Assembly (NCBI GenBank): GCA_038883775.1
Contig: JAVZLM010000003.1
Coordinates: 1 to 64,000, forward strand
Direction: 5' to 3'
Length of the DNA: 64,000 nucleotides
From: Candidatus Bathyarchaeia archaeon
GTDB taxonomy: Archaea; Thermoproteota; Bathyarchaeia; Bathyarchaeales; Bathycorpusculaceae
The translations under genes were made by a program, and so were the position numbers. The notes under the pieces are model-generated. The model was given only the letters and a program-made list of their open reading frames with translations, did no database searches and was not told the DNA's origin. Shown piece by piece: positions 37,710 to 48,628 of this stretch (the stretch's first letter is position 1; every line of letters begins with the position of its first letter).

Positions 37710-39473
37710 TTGAAGTACGCTGAAATTGCCGAGGCTTATGAAAAAATTGAAGCCACAACAAAAAGACTTGAAATGACAGATCTCCTAGTTGACCTTCTAA
37801 AAAAAACGCCTAAAGAAATAATAGACAAAGTCGTATACTTAACGCAGGGCAAAATCTACCCAGACTTTGTCAAACTTGAAATAGGTGTAGCCGAAAGACT
37901 CGCCATAAAAGCCTTGGCAAAAGCCTCTGGAATTAAAGAGTCTGAAATTGAAGAAGACTTGAAGAAGACTGGGGATTTAGGCGAAACAGCCCAAAAATTC
38001 ATGGCAAAAAAGAAGCAGGTAACCTTCTTTCAGCAACCTCTAACGGTTCAAAAAGTTTATGAAACATTGGATAAAATGGCTAAGGCTTCGGGTTCAGGTG
38101 CTGTAGACTTAAAAACCGCTCTTTTAGCTGGGCTTTTGGCTGATGCAACCCCAAAAGAGGCAAAATACATAATGCGCACGGTAACTGGCAACCTACGCTT
38201 GGGTATTGCTGACATGACAGTTTTGGACGCTTTAGCCATAGCCTACGGAGGCGGAAAAGAAGCCCGCGAGCTCATAGAACGCGCCTACAACATTTCTTCA
38301 GACCTTGGAAGAGTTGCAAAAGCAGTGGCTGAAAAAGGTTTGAAAGGCGTCAAAAAGTTTGAGGTTTTGGTTGGCGAACCCATAAGGCCGATGTTGGCTG
38401 AGAGGCTTTCTTCTCCAGAGGAAATTTTAGAAAAGCTTGGCGGGAAGTGCATAGCTGAATACAAGTATGATGGTGAAAGAATTCAAATTCACAAGAAGGA
38501 TGGCGAAGTAACCCTGTTTTCGAGGCGTTTAGAGGACATTTCAAGCCAATATCCAGATGCCATAGAACTCGTTAAGAAGCATGTTAGGGCGAAGGAAGCC
38601 ATTTTGGAGGCTGAATGCGTAGCCATAGACGCTGACACTGGTGAAATGCGTCCCTTTCAAGAATTGATGCATCGGAGACGTAAATATGGAATTGAAGAGG
38701 CTATGGAAGAATATCCCGTATCGCTTTTCATGTTTGATGCGTTGTATGTGGATGGCGAAGACCTAACCTTAGAGCCCTATCCAATTAGGCGAGAAGCCCT
38801 TGAAAAGGCGATAGAAGAAAGCGAAAGGGTGAAAACAGCCAAATACATAATCACAAGCAATCCGAAGGAGCTGGAAAAGTTTTTCTTAGAGGCTATAGAA
38901 AATGGCTGCGAAGGCTTAGTATGCAAATCTATGGCTGAAGACTCCGTTTATCAGGCAGGTGCAAGGGGCTGGCTATGGATAAAATATAAACGCGACTACA
39001 AAAGCGAAATGACAGACACCGTAGACCTTGTAATAGTCGGCGCTTTTCATGGTAGAGGAAAGAGGGCGGGAACATACGGCGCATTACTATTGGCGGCATA
39101 TAATCCAGAAAGCGACACCTTCGAGACAGTAACAAAATGTGGAACAGGCTTTACGGATGAGGATTTGGCGAAGCTTCCAGAAATGATGAAAAAACACGTT
39201 ATACCACATAAACACCCAAGAGTAAATTCAATGATTGAAGCGGATGTCTGGTTTGAGCCGTTTGTTGTGATTGAAGTTTTAGGTGCTGAAATAACCCTAA
39301 GCCCAATCCACACATGCGCCATGAACGCCATACGCCAAGGAAGCGGCTTAGCAATACGGTTTCCACGTTTTACTGGAAATTACCGGCTTGATAAGGCTGC
39401 TGAAGACGCAACTACTATAAGCGAAATTGTTGAGATGTACCAGAAACAATTAAAGAAAATTGCTGAAAGTTAA
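37710..39473 (+). CDS. lig: ATP-dependent DNA ligase
   Basis: EYKYDGER, EGLVCK, WIKYKRDY, IRFPRF. Confidence 0.97.
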   Translation: MKYAEIAEAYEKIEATTKRLEMTDLLVDLLKKTPKEIIDKVVYLTQGKIYPDFVKLEIGVAERLAIKALAKASGIKESEIEEDLKKTGDLGETAQKFMAKKKQVTFFQQPLTVQKVYETLDKMAKASGSGAVDLKTALLAGLLADATPKEAKYIMRTVTGNLRLGIADMTVLDALAIAYGGGKEARELIERAYNISSDLGRVAKAVAEKGLKGVKKFEVLVGEPIRPMLAERLSSPEEILEKLGGKCIAEYKYDGERIQIHKKDGEVTLFSRRLEDISSQYPDAIELVKKHVRAKEAILEAECVAIDADTGEMRPFQELMHRRRKYGIEEAMEEYPVSLFMFDALYVDGEDLTLEPYPIRREALEKAIEESERVKTAKYIITSNPKELEKFFLEAIENGCEGLVCKSMAEDSVYQAGARGWLWIKYKRDYKSEMTDTVDLVIVGAFHGRGKRAGTYGALLLAAYNPESDTFETVTKCGTGFTDEDLAKLPEMMKKHVIPHKHPRVNSMIEADVWFEPFVVIEVLGAEITLSPIHTCAMNAIRQGSGLAIRFPRFTGNYRLDKAAEDATTISEIVEMYQKQLKKIAES

Positions 39474-39505
39474 GTAAAATTGTTTCTTTACTTAGGTTTA
39501 AACAG

Positions 39506-39805
39506 TTAACTTTTATCTGCATTTTTCATTAGACACGATTTCAAATCGTTAAGCATTTTGATTTTTGAGTTCATTTCTGCTATCGAGTTTTCTAAATCCT
39601 CCTTGGTTAGTGAAGGGTTTATGGTTATTTTGGCTTTTTCCAGCGATATGCCCGATTGTGGGTAGTAGCCGTGGTATTCTAGGAATCTTCTAATTGCGTC
39701 TTTTACAAATTCTGAGCGGCTTGAGTAGGCAAATTGCTCACTTTCTATTAATTTATCAATTAACCTAGCTAGCGTGTTTGGAATATGCACTGTAGTATAT
39801 TTCAT
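39506..39805 (-). CDS. RHH/CopG-family regulator
   Basis: YTTVHIPNTLARLIDKLI...YSSRSEFVKDAIRRFL. Confidence 0.85.
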   Translation of the reverse strand: MKYTTVHIPNTLARLIDKLIESEQFAYSSRSEFVKDAIRRFLEYHGYYPQSGISLEKAKITINPSLTKEDLENSIAEMNSKIKMLNDLKSCLMKNADKS

Positions 39806-39822
39806 TTCGACTTTCTCATTAG

Positions 39823-40068
39823 GCATCTGTATCAGCGCACCGCATATCAGACTAGCAATTTTCCATTCCTTACTTATAACTATTATTCTCATATGATTCT
39901 TCAAAACGTATATTTCAAACTTATTTAGTAGTGTTAGTTTGAATCATTTGCAAAATATGAGATTTTCCAAAATAAAAAAGAGAAGGGAAGAAAGGGAGAG
40001 GAGAGGAAGGTGGAGGAGAAAGGAATTCAAACACCGAGGGATTCTCGGATGTGCGCTGATACAGACGC
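39823..40068. repeat. 18-bp inverted repeat pair in the divergent intergenic region
   Basis: GCATCTGTATCAGCGCAC (39823-39840) versus GTGCGCTGATACAGACGC (40051-40068); 17/18 complementary. Confidence 0.8.
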
Positions 40069-40142
40069 GTTAATCCACCTTCCCCTTCCATATTTTAATA
40101 TGGAGAGGATGGAAATATAAGTTTATCTATGGATGGAGGAGA

Positions 40143-42827
40143 ATGAAAGGAAAAGTTAACTGCGAGTTAATGGCGACTATGCTGCTTTTAATGCTTTTGG
40201 CGGGAACATTCAGTGTAACAATGAAGTTTACACCTGTTTCAGCGGAGACAGAAGTTAAGTATTTGACGATTTCATATTTGCCTTCTGAAATGCCAGAACC
40301 AGCAACCGTTCCATCAGTTGGGCTTCATGAGCTGGCGAAGGGTTGGACCGGTCCTATTGAAGCGCCTGACATTGTTGAAACTTCGAATCCTGGTATCCGC
40401 TATAAGTTTGTGCAGTGGGCGATATGGTGGGAAGAAACGCAAGAGTGGCACAACTTTACAGACAACCCTCACACAGTAGTTCTAGATCAAAACAAGACAG
40501 CATACGCGTGCTACAAAGTTCAATATAAATTGAGTGTAAGTACGCCGTACTCCACACCTTATTCGCAAGTTGAAGGTGAAGTTTGGGTTGCTCATCCACC
40601 GGACCGATGGCTCGATGCCGACACTAAGGTGAGGGCTGGTGTGCCAGTCTCCGAAGTTACGATAAGACCCAACATGAAGGCTGTGTTTGAGAAGTGGGTT
40701 ATTAATGGGGTTGATGATGGAACAGATCGCATTAGCGATTGGTTCTTCATGGACGGGCCTAAAGTGGCCGTGGCTGTTTGGAAGATACGATATTATTTAT
40801 ACGTTAAGGCTGCTCCTCCCGAACCAAGACCAGACCTTGGCGGCTGCCTTACGCCTCCCGAGGGCGAGGGTTGGTACGATGAATGTGAGGAAGTGGAATT
40901 AGAAGCGGACGAGTTTCAGGCAGTTCACGACGATTGGCGATTAAGGTTTGACTACTGGGATGTCGATGGAGAACCCGTAGAAGGCAACCCCATATTCGTA
41001 CATATGGATACGAATCACACGGCTACGGCGCATTACTGGCTACAATACAAGCTATGGGTTAAAACCGACCCAGCAGACATAGTGGAGATTCCGGGAACTG
41101 GCTTCTACGATACATGTACAGATGTACTTTTAGAAGCGCCAGAATTTGTCTACATCAGCGATGTCGCCAGATATCGTTTCGACAAATGGGTTGTAACAAA
41201 CGTCGGCACATTTACGGAAAGGGAAATAGAATTCCATGTGCCTCACTACTTGCCAACTCTTCCTTTCGTTGCTACAGCATACTATAAATTACAATATTAC
41301 TTGGAAGTGAAGGATAACATTGATGGCTTAAGCTGTGTTTCCACACAGAGCGGATGGTTCGACAAGACAACCACTGTGCCTTTGTCAGCGCCATCAACTG
41401 TTCCGGTAGATGAAGGCGCCCAATATGTCTTTGTAAAATGGGTTAAAGATCCAGGCGGCTATGTGGACACAAACCCAGACACAACAATAAAAATGACAAG
41501 TCCACGCGTTGCAACAGCCTATTATAAGCTGCAGTGGCTTGTAACTTGGAGGAGCGATCCAGAAGGCATTATTGCAGGAGAAAAATGGTTTGACAACTGC
41601 ACTGTTGACTATCCATGGGCGCCGCCATTCTGGGATGATCCAACAAGCCCAATAGATTGGGTCTTCGACCACTGGATAGTTAATGGTGTTCCACGACCGA
41701 GAGGCCAAAACCCGATTCAAGTGCATTATGGTGAACCAACAGATCTAGTGGCTGTTTACCGTCAGATGAACGCCTTTGTCATAATTCCAGAATCCACTTT
41801 TGTAACAGTAGATCCATACGTTGACCCATGCACAAGAACTTTCAAAGTAAATGTCACAGCCTTGAACTTTGAGGACCTATACGGCATTGACATGAAAATA
41901 ACATGGGACGCCAACCTCATAGAACTTGTCGACGTCGAAGTGGAACTTCGCGAGATATGGCCTGTGAACTTCTGGTGGGACGACTACGGCGACGGATGGT
42001 ATCAGCTTGTTGGAACATCCCTAGATGAAGGATTCTATGGCTCACACAAGATAGTGACGCTCACGTTCCACATCAAATACGAGCCATGCTACCCAGACGT
42101 TTGCAGCACATCCATTGCCTTTGAACATGTCATTCTCAGCAACAGCAAAGCCGAAGAAATAATACCAGAACTGCTACTTGGCGCTAATTATCAAATATCC
42201 TCCGTTAAGCCAAAGCTTGAACTGAGACCAAGCGAAGTTGTGGCTAACAAATTCCCATTCAGCTTCACAGTTGAACTATGGGCAGTAGACGTAATCAAAC
42301 TAAACAGCTACTTTGTCGAAATCAGCTTTGATCCAAGCGTATTTGAAGTCGTGAAAGTAGTAATACATGACGATTTCCTCCAAGGACCAACATTCAGAAG
42401 CCACAGCTATAGTATCTATCCCACTAGTATAGTAATCTGGGTGGAGCAAGCCGACGGCATGCCTCTGGCACGCGGCGAAGGACTATTAGCCTCGATTACC
42501 TTCAAACTGAAATATGGAATAATATGGAACATTAACGAACCAGAAATCCTCAGCTATATAGACTTCATCTACGCTGACATAGACGTGCTCTGTCCAAACT
42601 ATCGCATATTGTATGCCCCAGATTATCTAGATGTGAAAGGAGTCACATTTAGATACTTGCCGAAACCAGGCGACGTTAACATGGACGGCGTCGTAGGCCT
42701 AGAAGACCTCCGCATAATAGCAGCGCACTACGGCGAGGGCTCATACAACCCATACGACCTGAACTTAAACGGCAAAGTAGACCTCTTCGACCTAGTACTA
42801 GTCGCCATAAACTACGAAGAAGAGTAG
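40143..42827 (+). CDS. Large secreted surface protein: tandem beta-repeats, cohesin-like domains, C-terminal dockerin
   Basis: Signal peptide; ~6 repeats of Y.L.V...GW....F..W....A.YK.Q; GDVNMDGVVGLEDL / DLNLNGKVDLFDL. Confidence 0.8.
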   Translation: MKGKVNCELMATMLLLMLLAGTFSVTMKFTPVSAETEVKYLTISYLPSEMPEPATVPSVGLHELAKGWTGPIEAPDIVETSNPGIRYKFVQWAIWWEETQEWHNFTDNPHTVVLDQNKTAYACYKVQYKLSVSTPYSTPYSQVEGEVWVAHPPDRWLDADTKVRAGVPVSEVTIRPNMKAVFEKWVINGVDDGTDRISDWFFMDGPKVAVAVWKIRYYLYVKAAPPEPRPDLGGCLTPPEGEGWYDECEEVELEADEFQAVHDDWRLRFDYWDVDGEPVEGNPIFVHMDTNHTATAHYWLQYKLWVKTDPADIVEIPGTGFYDTCTDVLLEAPEFVYISDVARYRFDKWVVTNVGTFTEREIEFHVPHYLPTLPFVATAYYKLQYYLEVKDNIDGLSCVSTQSGWFDKTTTVPLSAPSTVPVDEGAQYVFVKWVKDPGGYVDTNPDTTIKMTSPRVATAYYKLQWLVTWRSDPEGIIAGEKWFDNCTVDYPWAPPFWDDPTSPIDWVFDHWIVNGVPRPRGQNPIQVHYGEPTDLVAVYRQMNAFVIIPESTFVTVDPYVDPCTRTFKVNVTALNFEDLYGIDMKITWDANLIELVDVEVELREIWPVNFWWDDYGDGWYQLVGTSLDEGFYGSHKIVTLTFHIKYEPCYPDVCSTSIAFEHVILSNSKAEEIIPELLLGANYQISSVKPKLELRPSEVVANKFPFSFTVELWAVDVIKLNSYFVEISFDPSVFEVVKVVIHDDFLQGPTFRSHSYSIYPTSIVIWVEQADGMPLARGEGLLASITFKLKYGIIWNINEPEILSYIDFIYADIDVLCPNYRILYAPDYLDVKGVTFRYLPKPGDVNMDGVVGLEDLRIIAAHYGEGSYNPYDLNLNGKVDLFDLVLVAINYEEE

Positions 42828-42906
42828 CCAAACACCCACTTCCAAAGCATCCCCCTTTCTTTATTTGAATCAAATATTAAAAATTTCGAAATAAGGTTGA
42901 AATACA

Positions 42907-43923
42907 ATGTATAAAGAAATCTCCATAATGTCACTCTTAATGCTCATATTCCTCCTAACTCCAATCCCACTATCATTCTCCCAAACAACAAACGTCTACG
43001 TAGACCCCCCACTAACCATAACCCAAATAGACGAAACATTCTCAATAAACATAAGCATAGCCCAAGTAACAAACCTTGCCGCCTGGGAAATAAAACTATA
43101 CTACCTAAACACTATGCTGAACGGAACAAAAGCCACAGAAGGTCCCTTCCTAAAAACCGCAGGCTTAACATTCTTCTGGGTCCTAAGCTTCACAGACAAC
43201 TACAACGCAACCCACGGTAAAGTTCACATAGCATGCACCCTAACCGGCACAGGACCAGGCGCAACAGGAAGCGGAACCCTTGCAACAGTGACATTCAAAG
43301 CCAAAAACGCGGGAAATACACCTCTAACACTTAAAGACACGAAACTCCTAGACAACCAAGATCCCCCACAACAAATCATCCACACAGCAATCAACGGCGA
43401 CGTCCAAGTGAGAGGCATAAGAGACATAGCAGTATTAAACGTTAACCCCTTCAAAACTATCGTTGGACAAGGGTACACGATACAAATAAACGTCACAGTC
43501 GTCAACAATGGCGACCAAGCGGAAACTTTTAACGTTACGCTTTACGCCAACACAACAGGAATAGAAACACGCCAAATCACACTAATAAACGGCGTATCAA
43601 CAACCCTAACTTTCACATGGAACACGATAGGCTACCAAAAAGGCAGCTACACAATTTGGGCTTACGCATGGCCGGTCCAAGGTGAAACAGAAATAGACGA
43701 CAATATTTTCATTTCGCCCACTATTGTTCATGTTGTTCTGCCAGGAGACGGTGACTGTGACGGAGACGTCGACATTTACGATGTTGTCATGATAACAAGC
43801 ATATACAACTTAAAGAGTGGAGACCCATATTACAATCCAAACTTGGACTGGGATAATAACGGCGTAATCAACATTTACGACGTAGTCATAGCCACCAGCG
43901 TCTATGGACAGAAAGATCCATAA
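42907..43923 (+). CDS. Secreted cohesin + CARDB + dockerin protein
   Basis: FSINISIAQVTNLAAWEIKL...GTLATVTF; DIAV...NNGDQAETFNV; GDGDCDGDVDIYD. Confidence 0.82.
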   Translation: MYKEISIMSLLMLIFLLTPIPLSFSQTTNVYVDPPLTITQIDETFSINISIAQVTNLAAWEIKLYYLNTMLNGTKATEGPFLKTAGLTFFWVLSFTDNYNATHGKVHIACTLTGTGPGATGSGTLATVTFKAKNAGNTPLTLKDTKLLDNQDPPQQIIHTAINGDVQVRGIRDIAVLNVNPFKTIVGQGYTIQINVTVVNNGDQAETFNVTLYANTTGIETRQITLINGVSTTLTFTWNTIGYQKGSYTIWAYAWPVQGETEIDDNIFISPTIVHVVLPGDGDCDGDVDIYDVVMITSIYNLKSGDPYYNPNLDWDNNGVINIYDVVIATSVYGQKDP

Positions 43924-43930
43924 GTCGCTA

Positions 43931-45265
43931 TTATTTTCCAGCCACAGTTAACTCTGAAAGCTTAACAGTTGGCGAGTAGTTTTGCACACTATTTATAAGG
44001 TCCTTTCCTACTATTTCTATTCCGCCTTTAAGCACTTCGTAAAAGTTTCCTGAAACAACAACTCCCTTGATTGGCTCTGTCAATTCGCCATTTTTTACTA
44101 GGAATCCATGGGTAACCGTAGCATTTAAGTTTCCACTCACAGGGTTAGAAAGCCATTCTCCAATAGTTTCCTCAATGTAAATTCCATGCTTTGTCTCCTG
44201 AATTATTTCCTCTAAACTTGCACTTCCAGGTTCTAGGATTAAGTTGTTCGGCATAGGCTGCGGAATAATCCAATAATATGGTCTGTTAGCGTTTCCAGTT
44301 GACTTCACATCATCCTTCAAAGCCGTGTAAGTGTCGTAAATATAGTTTTTGAGAATGCCTCTCTCAATTATCGGTGTTTTCTGTGTTGGATGTCCCTCAT
44401 CATCAAAGGGTTTTGTCCGCCAACCTCCACGCAATAATCCACTGTCAACTATTGTTATGTTTTCTGAGGCTAACTCCATACCAAGTTTTCCAGACAAGGG
44501 AGATCTGCCCTTCTGAACCCAGTCCGCATTTATCGGCCCGCTTAAAATAACTCCTAAAATGCTGGCAAATATTTGGTTCTTAAAAATTATTGACATTTTT
44601 CCACTTTGAATAGGCTTTGCCTTCAGGAATTTTATCGCTCTTTCTGCAGCCCTTAAAGCTAAATCTTCGAAATTAATTTCCTTCCAGAATCTTGCCTCTC
44701 TATGCTCCGTTCCAGTACTTTTCGTTCCAGAATCCTCAGCTTTAGCTCTCATCCAAACCGCCAAATGAGTTTCATCCCTGCTACAAGTTTGACCAGAGCT
44801 GTTACTCAAAGAGGTGAATGAATTTTCAAGATTTAGAATCCCCCGCGTTGGCTTAACCCTTTTGTCAAAATCTTTCATTATATTAATCGAAGAAAGCAAA
44901 GTGTCAACAATTTCGCTGTAATCCAATGTCTCCAGCGTCTCATCATGATAGCCTTCTGCTGGTGCTTTTCCGAAGTTTGTGTTCATATGCCTCCAATTCG
45001 GATCCTCTGGTGTTACCTTCGCTATTTTAAAAGCTTTAGTCACAGCTTCGCTTGTTTCGTTTTCATCTAGTACGGAGGAAGAGTAGGTGGCGATTTTTTT
45101 GTTTAATGCCACCCTTACACTAAGCCCAGTGGACTCTGTCACCTTGAAACTTTCGATTTTTTCTGCGAACTCAACTCTAATTTGTTTACTTTTTTGCACA
45201 TATGCCTCTGCTTCTGTCGCTCCAGCGCTTAAAGCTTTCTTTACAGCAAATTCGCAAAGTTCCAT
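43931..45265 (-). CDS. TldE/PmbA family protein
   Basis: PFDDEG, GILKNYIYD, STGNA; no HEA motif. Confidence 0.9.
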   Translation of the reverse strand: MELCEFAVKKALSAGATEAEAYVQKSKQIRVEFAEKIESFKVTESTGLSVRVALNKKIATYSSSVLDENETSEAVTKAFKIAKVTPEDPNWRHMNTNFGKAPAEGYHDETLETLDYSEIVDTLLSSINIMKDFDKRVKPTRGILNLENSFTSLSNSSGQTCSRDETHLAVWMRAKAEDSGTKSTGTEHREARFWKEINFEDLALRAAERAIKFLKAKPIQSGKMSIIFKNQIFASILGVILSGPINADWVQKGRSPLSGKLGMELASENITIVDSGLLRGGWRTKPFDDEGHPTQKTPIIERGILKNYIYDTYTALKDDVKSTGNANRPYYWIIPQPMPNNLILEPGSASLEEIIQETKHGIYIEETIGEWLSNPVSGNLNATVTHGFLVKNGELTEPIKGVVVSGNFYEVLKGGIEIVGKDLINSVQNYSPTVKLSELTVAGK

Positions 45266-45266
45266 A

Positions 45267-46655
45267 TCATCTCCCTCCAACAATCATTTCGCGAACTCTT
45301 ATATGAGGACCACCATCACCCACTCTTACCATTTGGCCATCCTTTCCGCATCCACCAAAAGCGCTCGTTCTTATAGTTAAATCGCGTCCCACAGCATCTA
45401 CGGTTTTCAATGTTTCAAGAATTAAACCACTTATAATCACGCTTCTCACGGTTTCGGCTAATTCGCCATTCTTTATGATCTTAGAGGGTCCAACTCCAAA
45501 AGTGAAGGCTCCCATGCCCACTTCAACTTGTCCTCCCGTGGATCCCTTGCCCTTTACGTATATCCCAAAATCTATATCTTCAATCAACTCTTCAAAAGTA
45601 TAGTCCATAGGCTGCATGTAATAGTTTGTCTGTCTAACTATGGGTATATTCTCGAAGTCTTCAGCTCTTCCATTTCCAGTTGGTTCAGCGCCAAATTGTG
45701 AAGCTGAGTTTCTATCATGCAAATAGTTTTTTAAAACTCCCTTTTCAACAATGACCGTTTTACCTTTTTTAACTCCTTCATCGTCAAATGGATAAAAGTA
45801 TCCTCCTCTAACAACACCTTCGTCAATAATAGTGACATAGTCACTAGCCACCTTTGTTCCGATTTTGTCGCGAAGCACCGATTCACCAGTTGCTACTAAG
45901 TCGCCCTCTGATGCATGCCCAAATGCCTCATGGAGAAGTAAGCCAACGACTTCGGGATCTACAACTACGGGATATGTTCCAGGTGGTGGAGGCTTTGAAC
46001 ATGCGGCTTCAATTGCAAGTTTAGATATATCGGTTGTGAAAGAATTCCAGTCTTTAGATGCTATAAATTCAAAACCAGCACACTCAGACTCTTGATAAGG
46101 AACCCTTTCCATGGCTCCATTCACTTTTGCAACGCTTTCATGCGAAAGACCCGAAATTGTTGTTTCAACCTTGACTCTGCTTTCTTCTGATGACATAAAC
46201 AGTCTATAATCTTTTAATAAACAGAGACTTGTGACAGCGTTTTTAATCTTATCTACAGCTAATGAGGCTTTATTTGCGTCCACCGCTACCGAAACTTTTT
46301 CCTCTGGAGAAATATCCAACGGATTAATTTTTTCAGACGATTTAACCTCCGCCTTATTGACTGTTACTAATCCAAGAGATTTAATTGTATTTTTTGCGGA
46401 GCGAGCTGCTTTAATCGCCTTTTCTAAAGTTTGATTAAGGTTTTCAGAGCTTAAATCGCTTGTTGATGCATAACCTACGCCTCCTTCAATGGCAACTCTG
46501 ACCCCCACGCCTTTTAAACGTCTTGAGGAATAGCTTTTTAATACTCTATTTTCAACGGTGATGATTTCATACTCATAGCATTGGTAACGGGCATCAGCGT
46601 AAGAAGCCCCCAACTTAATTGCTTTTTTAAGCAGATTTTCGATTTCAGATTCCAT
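45267..46655 (-). CDS. tldD: TldD family metalloprotease
   Basis: HEAFGHASEGD, FDDEG, GCGKDGQ..VGDGGP. Confidence 0.92.
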   Translation of the reverse strand: MESEIENLLKKAIKLGASYADARYQCYEYEIITVENRVLKSYSSRRLKGVGVRVAIEGGVGYASTSDLSSENLNQTLEKAIKAARSAKNTIKSLGLVTVNKAEVKSSEKINPLDISPEEKVSVAVDANKASLAVDKIKNAVTSLCLLKDYRLFMSSEESRVKVETTISGLSHESVAKVNGAMERVPYQESECAGFEFIASKDWNSFTTDISKLAIEAACSKPPPPGTYPVVVDPEVVGLLLHEAFGHASEGDLVATGESVLRDKIGTKVASDYVTIIDEGVVRGGYFYPFDDEGVKKGKTVIVEKGVLKNYLHDRNSASQFGAEPTGNGRAEDFENIPIVRQTNYYMQPMDYTFEELIEDIDFGIYVKGKGSTGGQVEVGMGAFTFGVGPSKIIKNGELAETVRSVIISGLILETLKTVDAVGRDLTIRTSAFGGCGKDGQMVRVGDGGPHIRVREMIVGGR

Positions 46656-46828
46656 AATTGTGTCACCAAACTAAATTGATATTCACATCAAATTGTCCAT
46701 GCATAAATACTTTTTTAAACACTTCTTATGTGTTAGATGACTCAACAATTTGCAATGTAAATTTTAAAATTTTGGAAGTAAGTTTTAAAAAGTGAATAAT
46801 GGTTAATTTCTGAGAAGAAGGTGAAAAA

Positions 46829-48628
46829 ATGGGAAAAAGAAAACTCTCACTTGAAACTTTGGCTCGAATACCGCAAGTTTTTCAATTTGACCTTTCACCG
46901 CAAGGAGATAAAGTGGCCTTCGCATGGAATAAAGAGGACAAAGTTGACATTTATGTAAAAAACCTAAAAACCGATGAAATTTATAAACTTACAGAAGGAC
47001 CAGAATCAGCCTTAGAACCCAAATGGTCACCAGATGGCAAGACGATAGCTTACGTTTCAGACAGAGCTGGAGACGAAAACTTCGATATTTTCACGATTCC
47101 AGCAGATGGCGGAAAACCCTCAAGACTTACGGACGATCCATACGATAACCATAGCCCTCAATGGACCTTGGATGGTAAGTGGATCCTGTTTATTTCTAAC
47201 CGCGGTGGAGACAACCTAAACTTGTTTAGAATATCTACAGGAACGGGTGAAATTGAGAATCTGACAAAAGGCGAAGATCCAGTATTTTCGTTCTCGTTAT
47301 CTCCTGAGGGTCATCGCATTGTCTTCCTTAAGGGCTTTATAAATCGAAGTCTTTGGCTTCTAGATTTAGAGACTAAAACATCAAAGAAAATTTTGAGCCA
47401 CCAAAATGCTGAAATCGGAACAGGTCCAGAGCCATGGGCGCCAAATAGTGAAAAAATAGTTTTTACATCGAACATAAATAACTTTTATGACATTGGAATC
47501 TATGAGTTTAAAAATGAAACTGAACAATGGTTCGAGAAGACACCTTATGAAAAAAGCTTTCCGATATGGTCACCAGATGGGTCTAAAATAGCTTTTACCG
47601 AAAATATGGAAGGAAACATACTGTTAAAAGTTAAACCCTTGAAGGGAGCTGGTGCAAAACTTTTGGGCTTCAGTGAAGGTGTGTGTGGCTTTATGGGCAA
47701 TCTATGCTGGAGCCCGAAAGGAGACAGAATATTCTTTCTTTATTCTGGACCAAAGAATCCTCCGGATGTCTGGGCGGTGGATTTGGATGGCAATCTTGAA
47801 CAAATAACATTTTCGCTAAAAAATGAAATTGACACGGAACAGCTTGTAAGTCCCAATTTTATAAGATACAAATCCTTAGATGGATTAGAAGTTCCAGCTT
47901 TAATCTATTTGCCTCAGAAAGCTACGGCGAAAAAACCTCCAGGATTGGTTCTGCCCCATGGTGGTCCTGAAGCCCAGTTTACAAACATTTGGAATCCATA
48001 TGTGCAGTTTATGGTTTCCAATGGATTTGTCGTTATAGCTCCAAACTTTAGGGGAAGCACAGGCTACGGGCGTCAATATCAAAGAATGAGCGACAAAGAT
48101 CTCGGAGGAGGAGATTTAATGGACACTGTGGCTGCCGCTAAATATCTTAAGGAATCCGGAATTGCTGATCCCAACAAAATTGGAATTTATGGTGCAAGCT
48201 ATGGAGGCTTCATGTCTATGATCGCGCTCACAAAATATCCTGATGTATGGGCGGCTGGAGTAACTATGGTTGGCTTTTTCAACTGGAAAACAGAATATGA
48301 AACTGAGAGAGAATATCTTAGATATTATGATAGCCACAAAGTGGGTACTCCGGAAAGTAATCCTGAATTTTACTATGAAAGATCTCCCATAAACTTTATT
48401 GACAAAATAAAAGCGCCCGTCCTCATACTTCATGGAGCCAAAGACCCTAGATGTCCAGTTACTGAAGCGTATCAAGTTATAGATCTCCTTAAAAAACATG
48501 GAAAAACATTTGAATACAAAATATATCCAGATGAAGGTCACATGTTTAGGAAACTCTCGAACCGCATTGATTCATATAAAAGAATGGTTAAATTCTTAAA
48601 GAAACACATGAAAATAAGCCAAGCTTAA
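46829..48628 (+). CDS. S9-family (acylaminoacyl/dipeptidyl) peptidase
   Basis: WSPDG beta-propeller repeats, HGGP, GASYGG, DPRC, EGH. Confidence 0.93.
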   Translation: MGKRKLSLETLARIPQVFQFDLSPQGDKVAFAWNKEDKVDIYVKNLKTDEIYKLTEGPESALEPKWSPDGKTIAYVSDRAGDENFDIFTIPADGGKPSRLTDDPYDNHSPQWTLDGKWILFISNRGGDNLNLFRISTGTGEIENLTKGEDPVFSFSLSPEGHRIVFLKGFINRSLWLLDLETKTSKKILSHQNAEIGTGPEPWAPNSEKIVFTSNINNFYDIGIYEFKNETEQWFEKTPYEKSFPIWSPDGSKIAFTENMEGNILLKVKPLKGAGAKLLGFSEGVCGFMGNLCWSPKGDRIFFLYSGPKNPPDVWAVDLDGNLEQITFSLKNEIDTEQLVSPNFIRYKSLDGLEVPALIYLPQKATAKKPPGLVLPHGGPEAQFTNIWNPYVQFMVSNGFVVIAPNFRGSTGYGRQYQRMSDKDLGGGDLMDTVAAAKYLKESGIADPNKIGIYGASYGGFMSMIALTKYPDVWAAGVTMVGFFNWKTEYETEREYLRYYDSHKVGTPESNPEFYYERSPINFIDKIKAPVLILHGAKDPRCPVTEAYQVIDLLKKHGKTFEYKIYPDEGHMFRKLSNRIDSYKRMVKFLKKHMKISQA

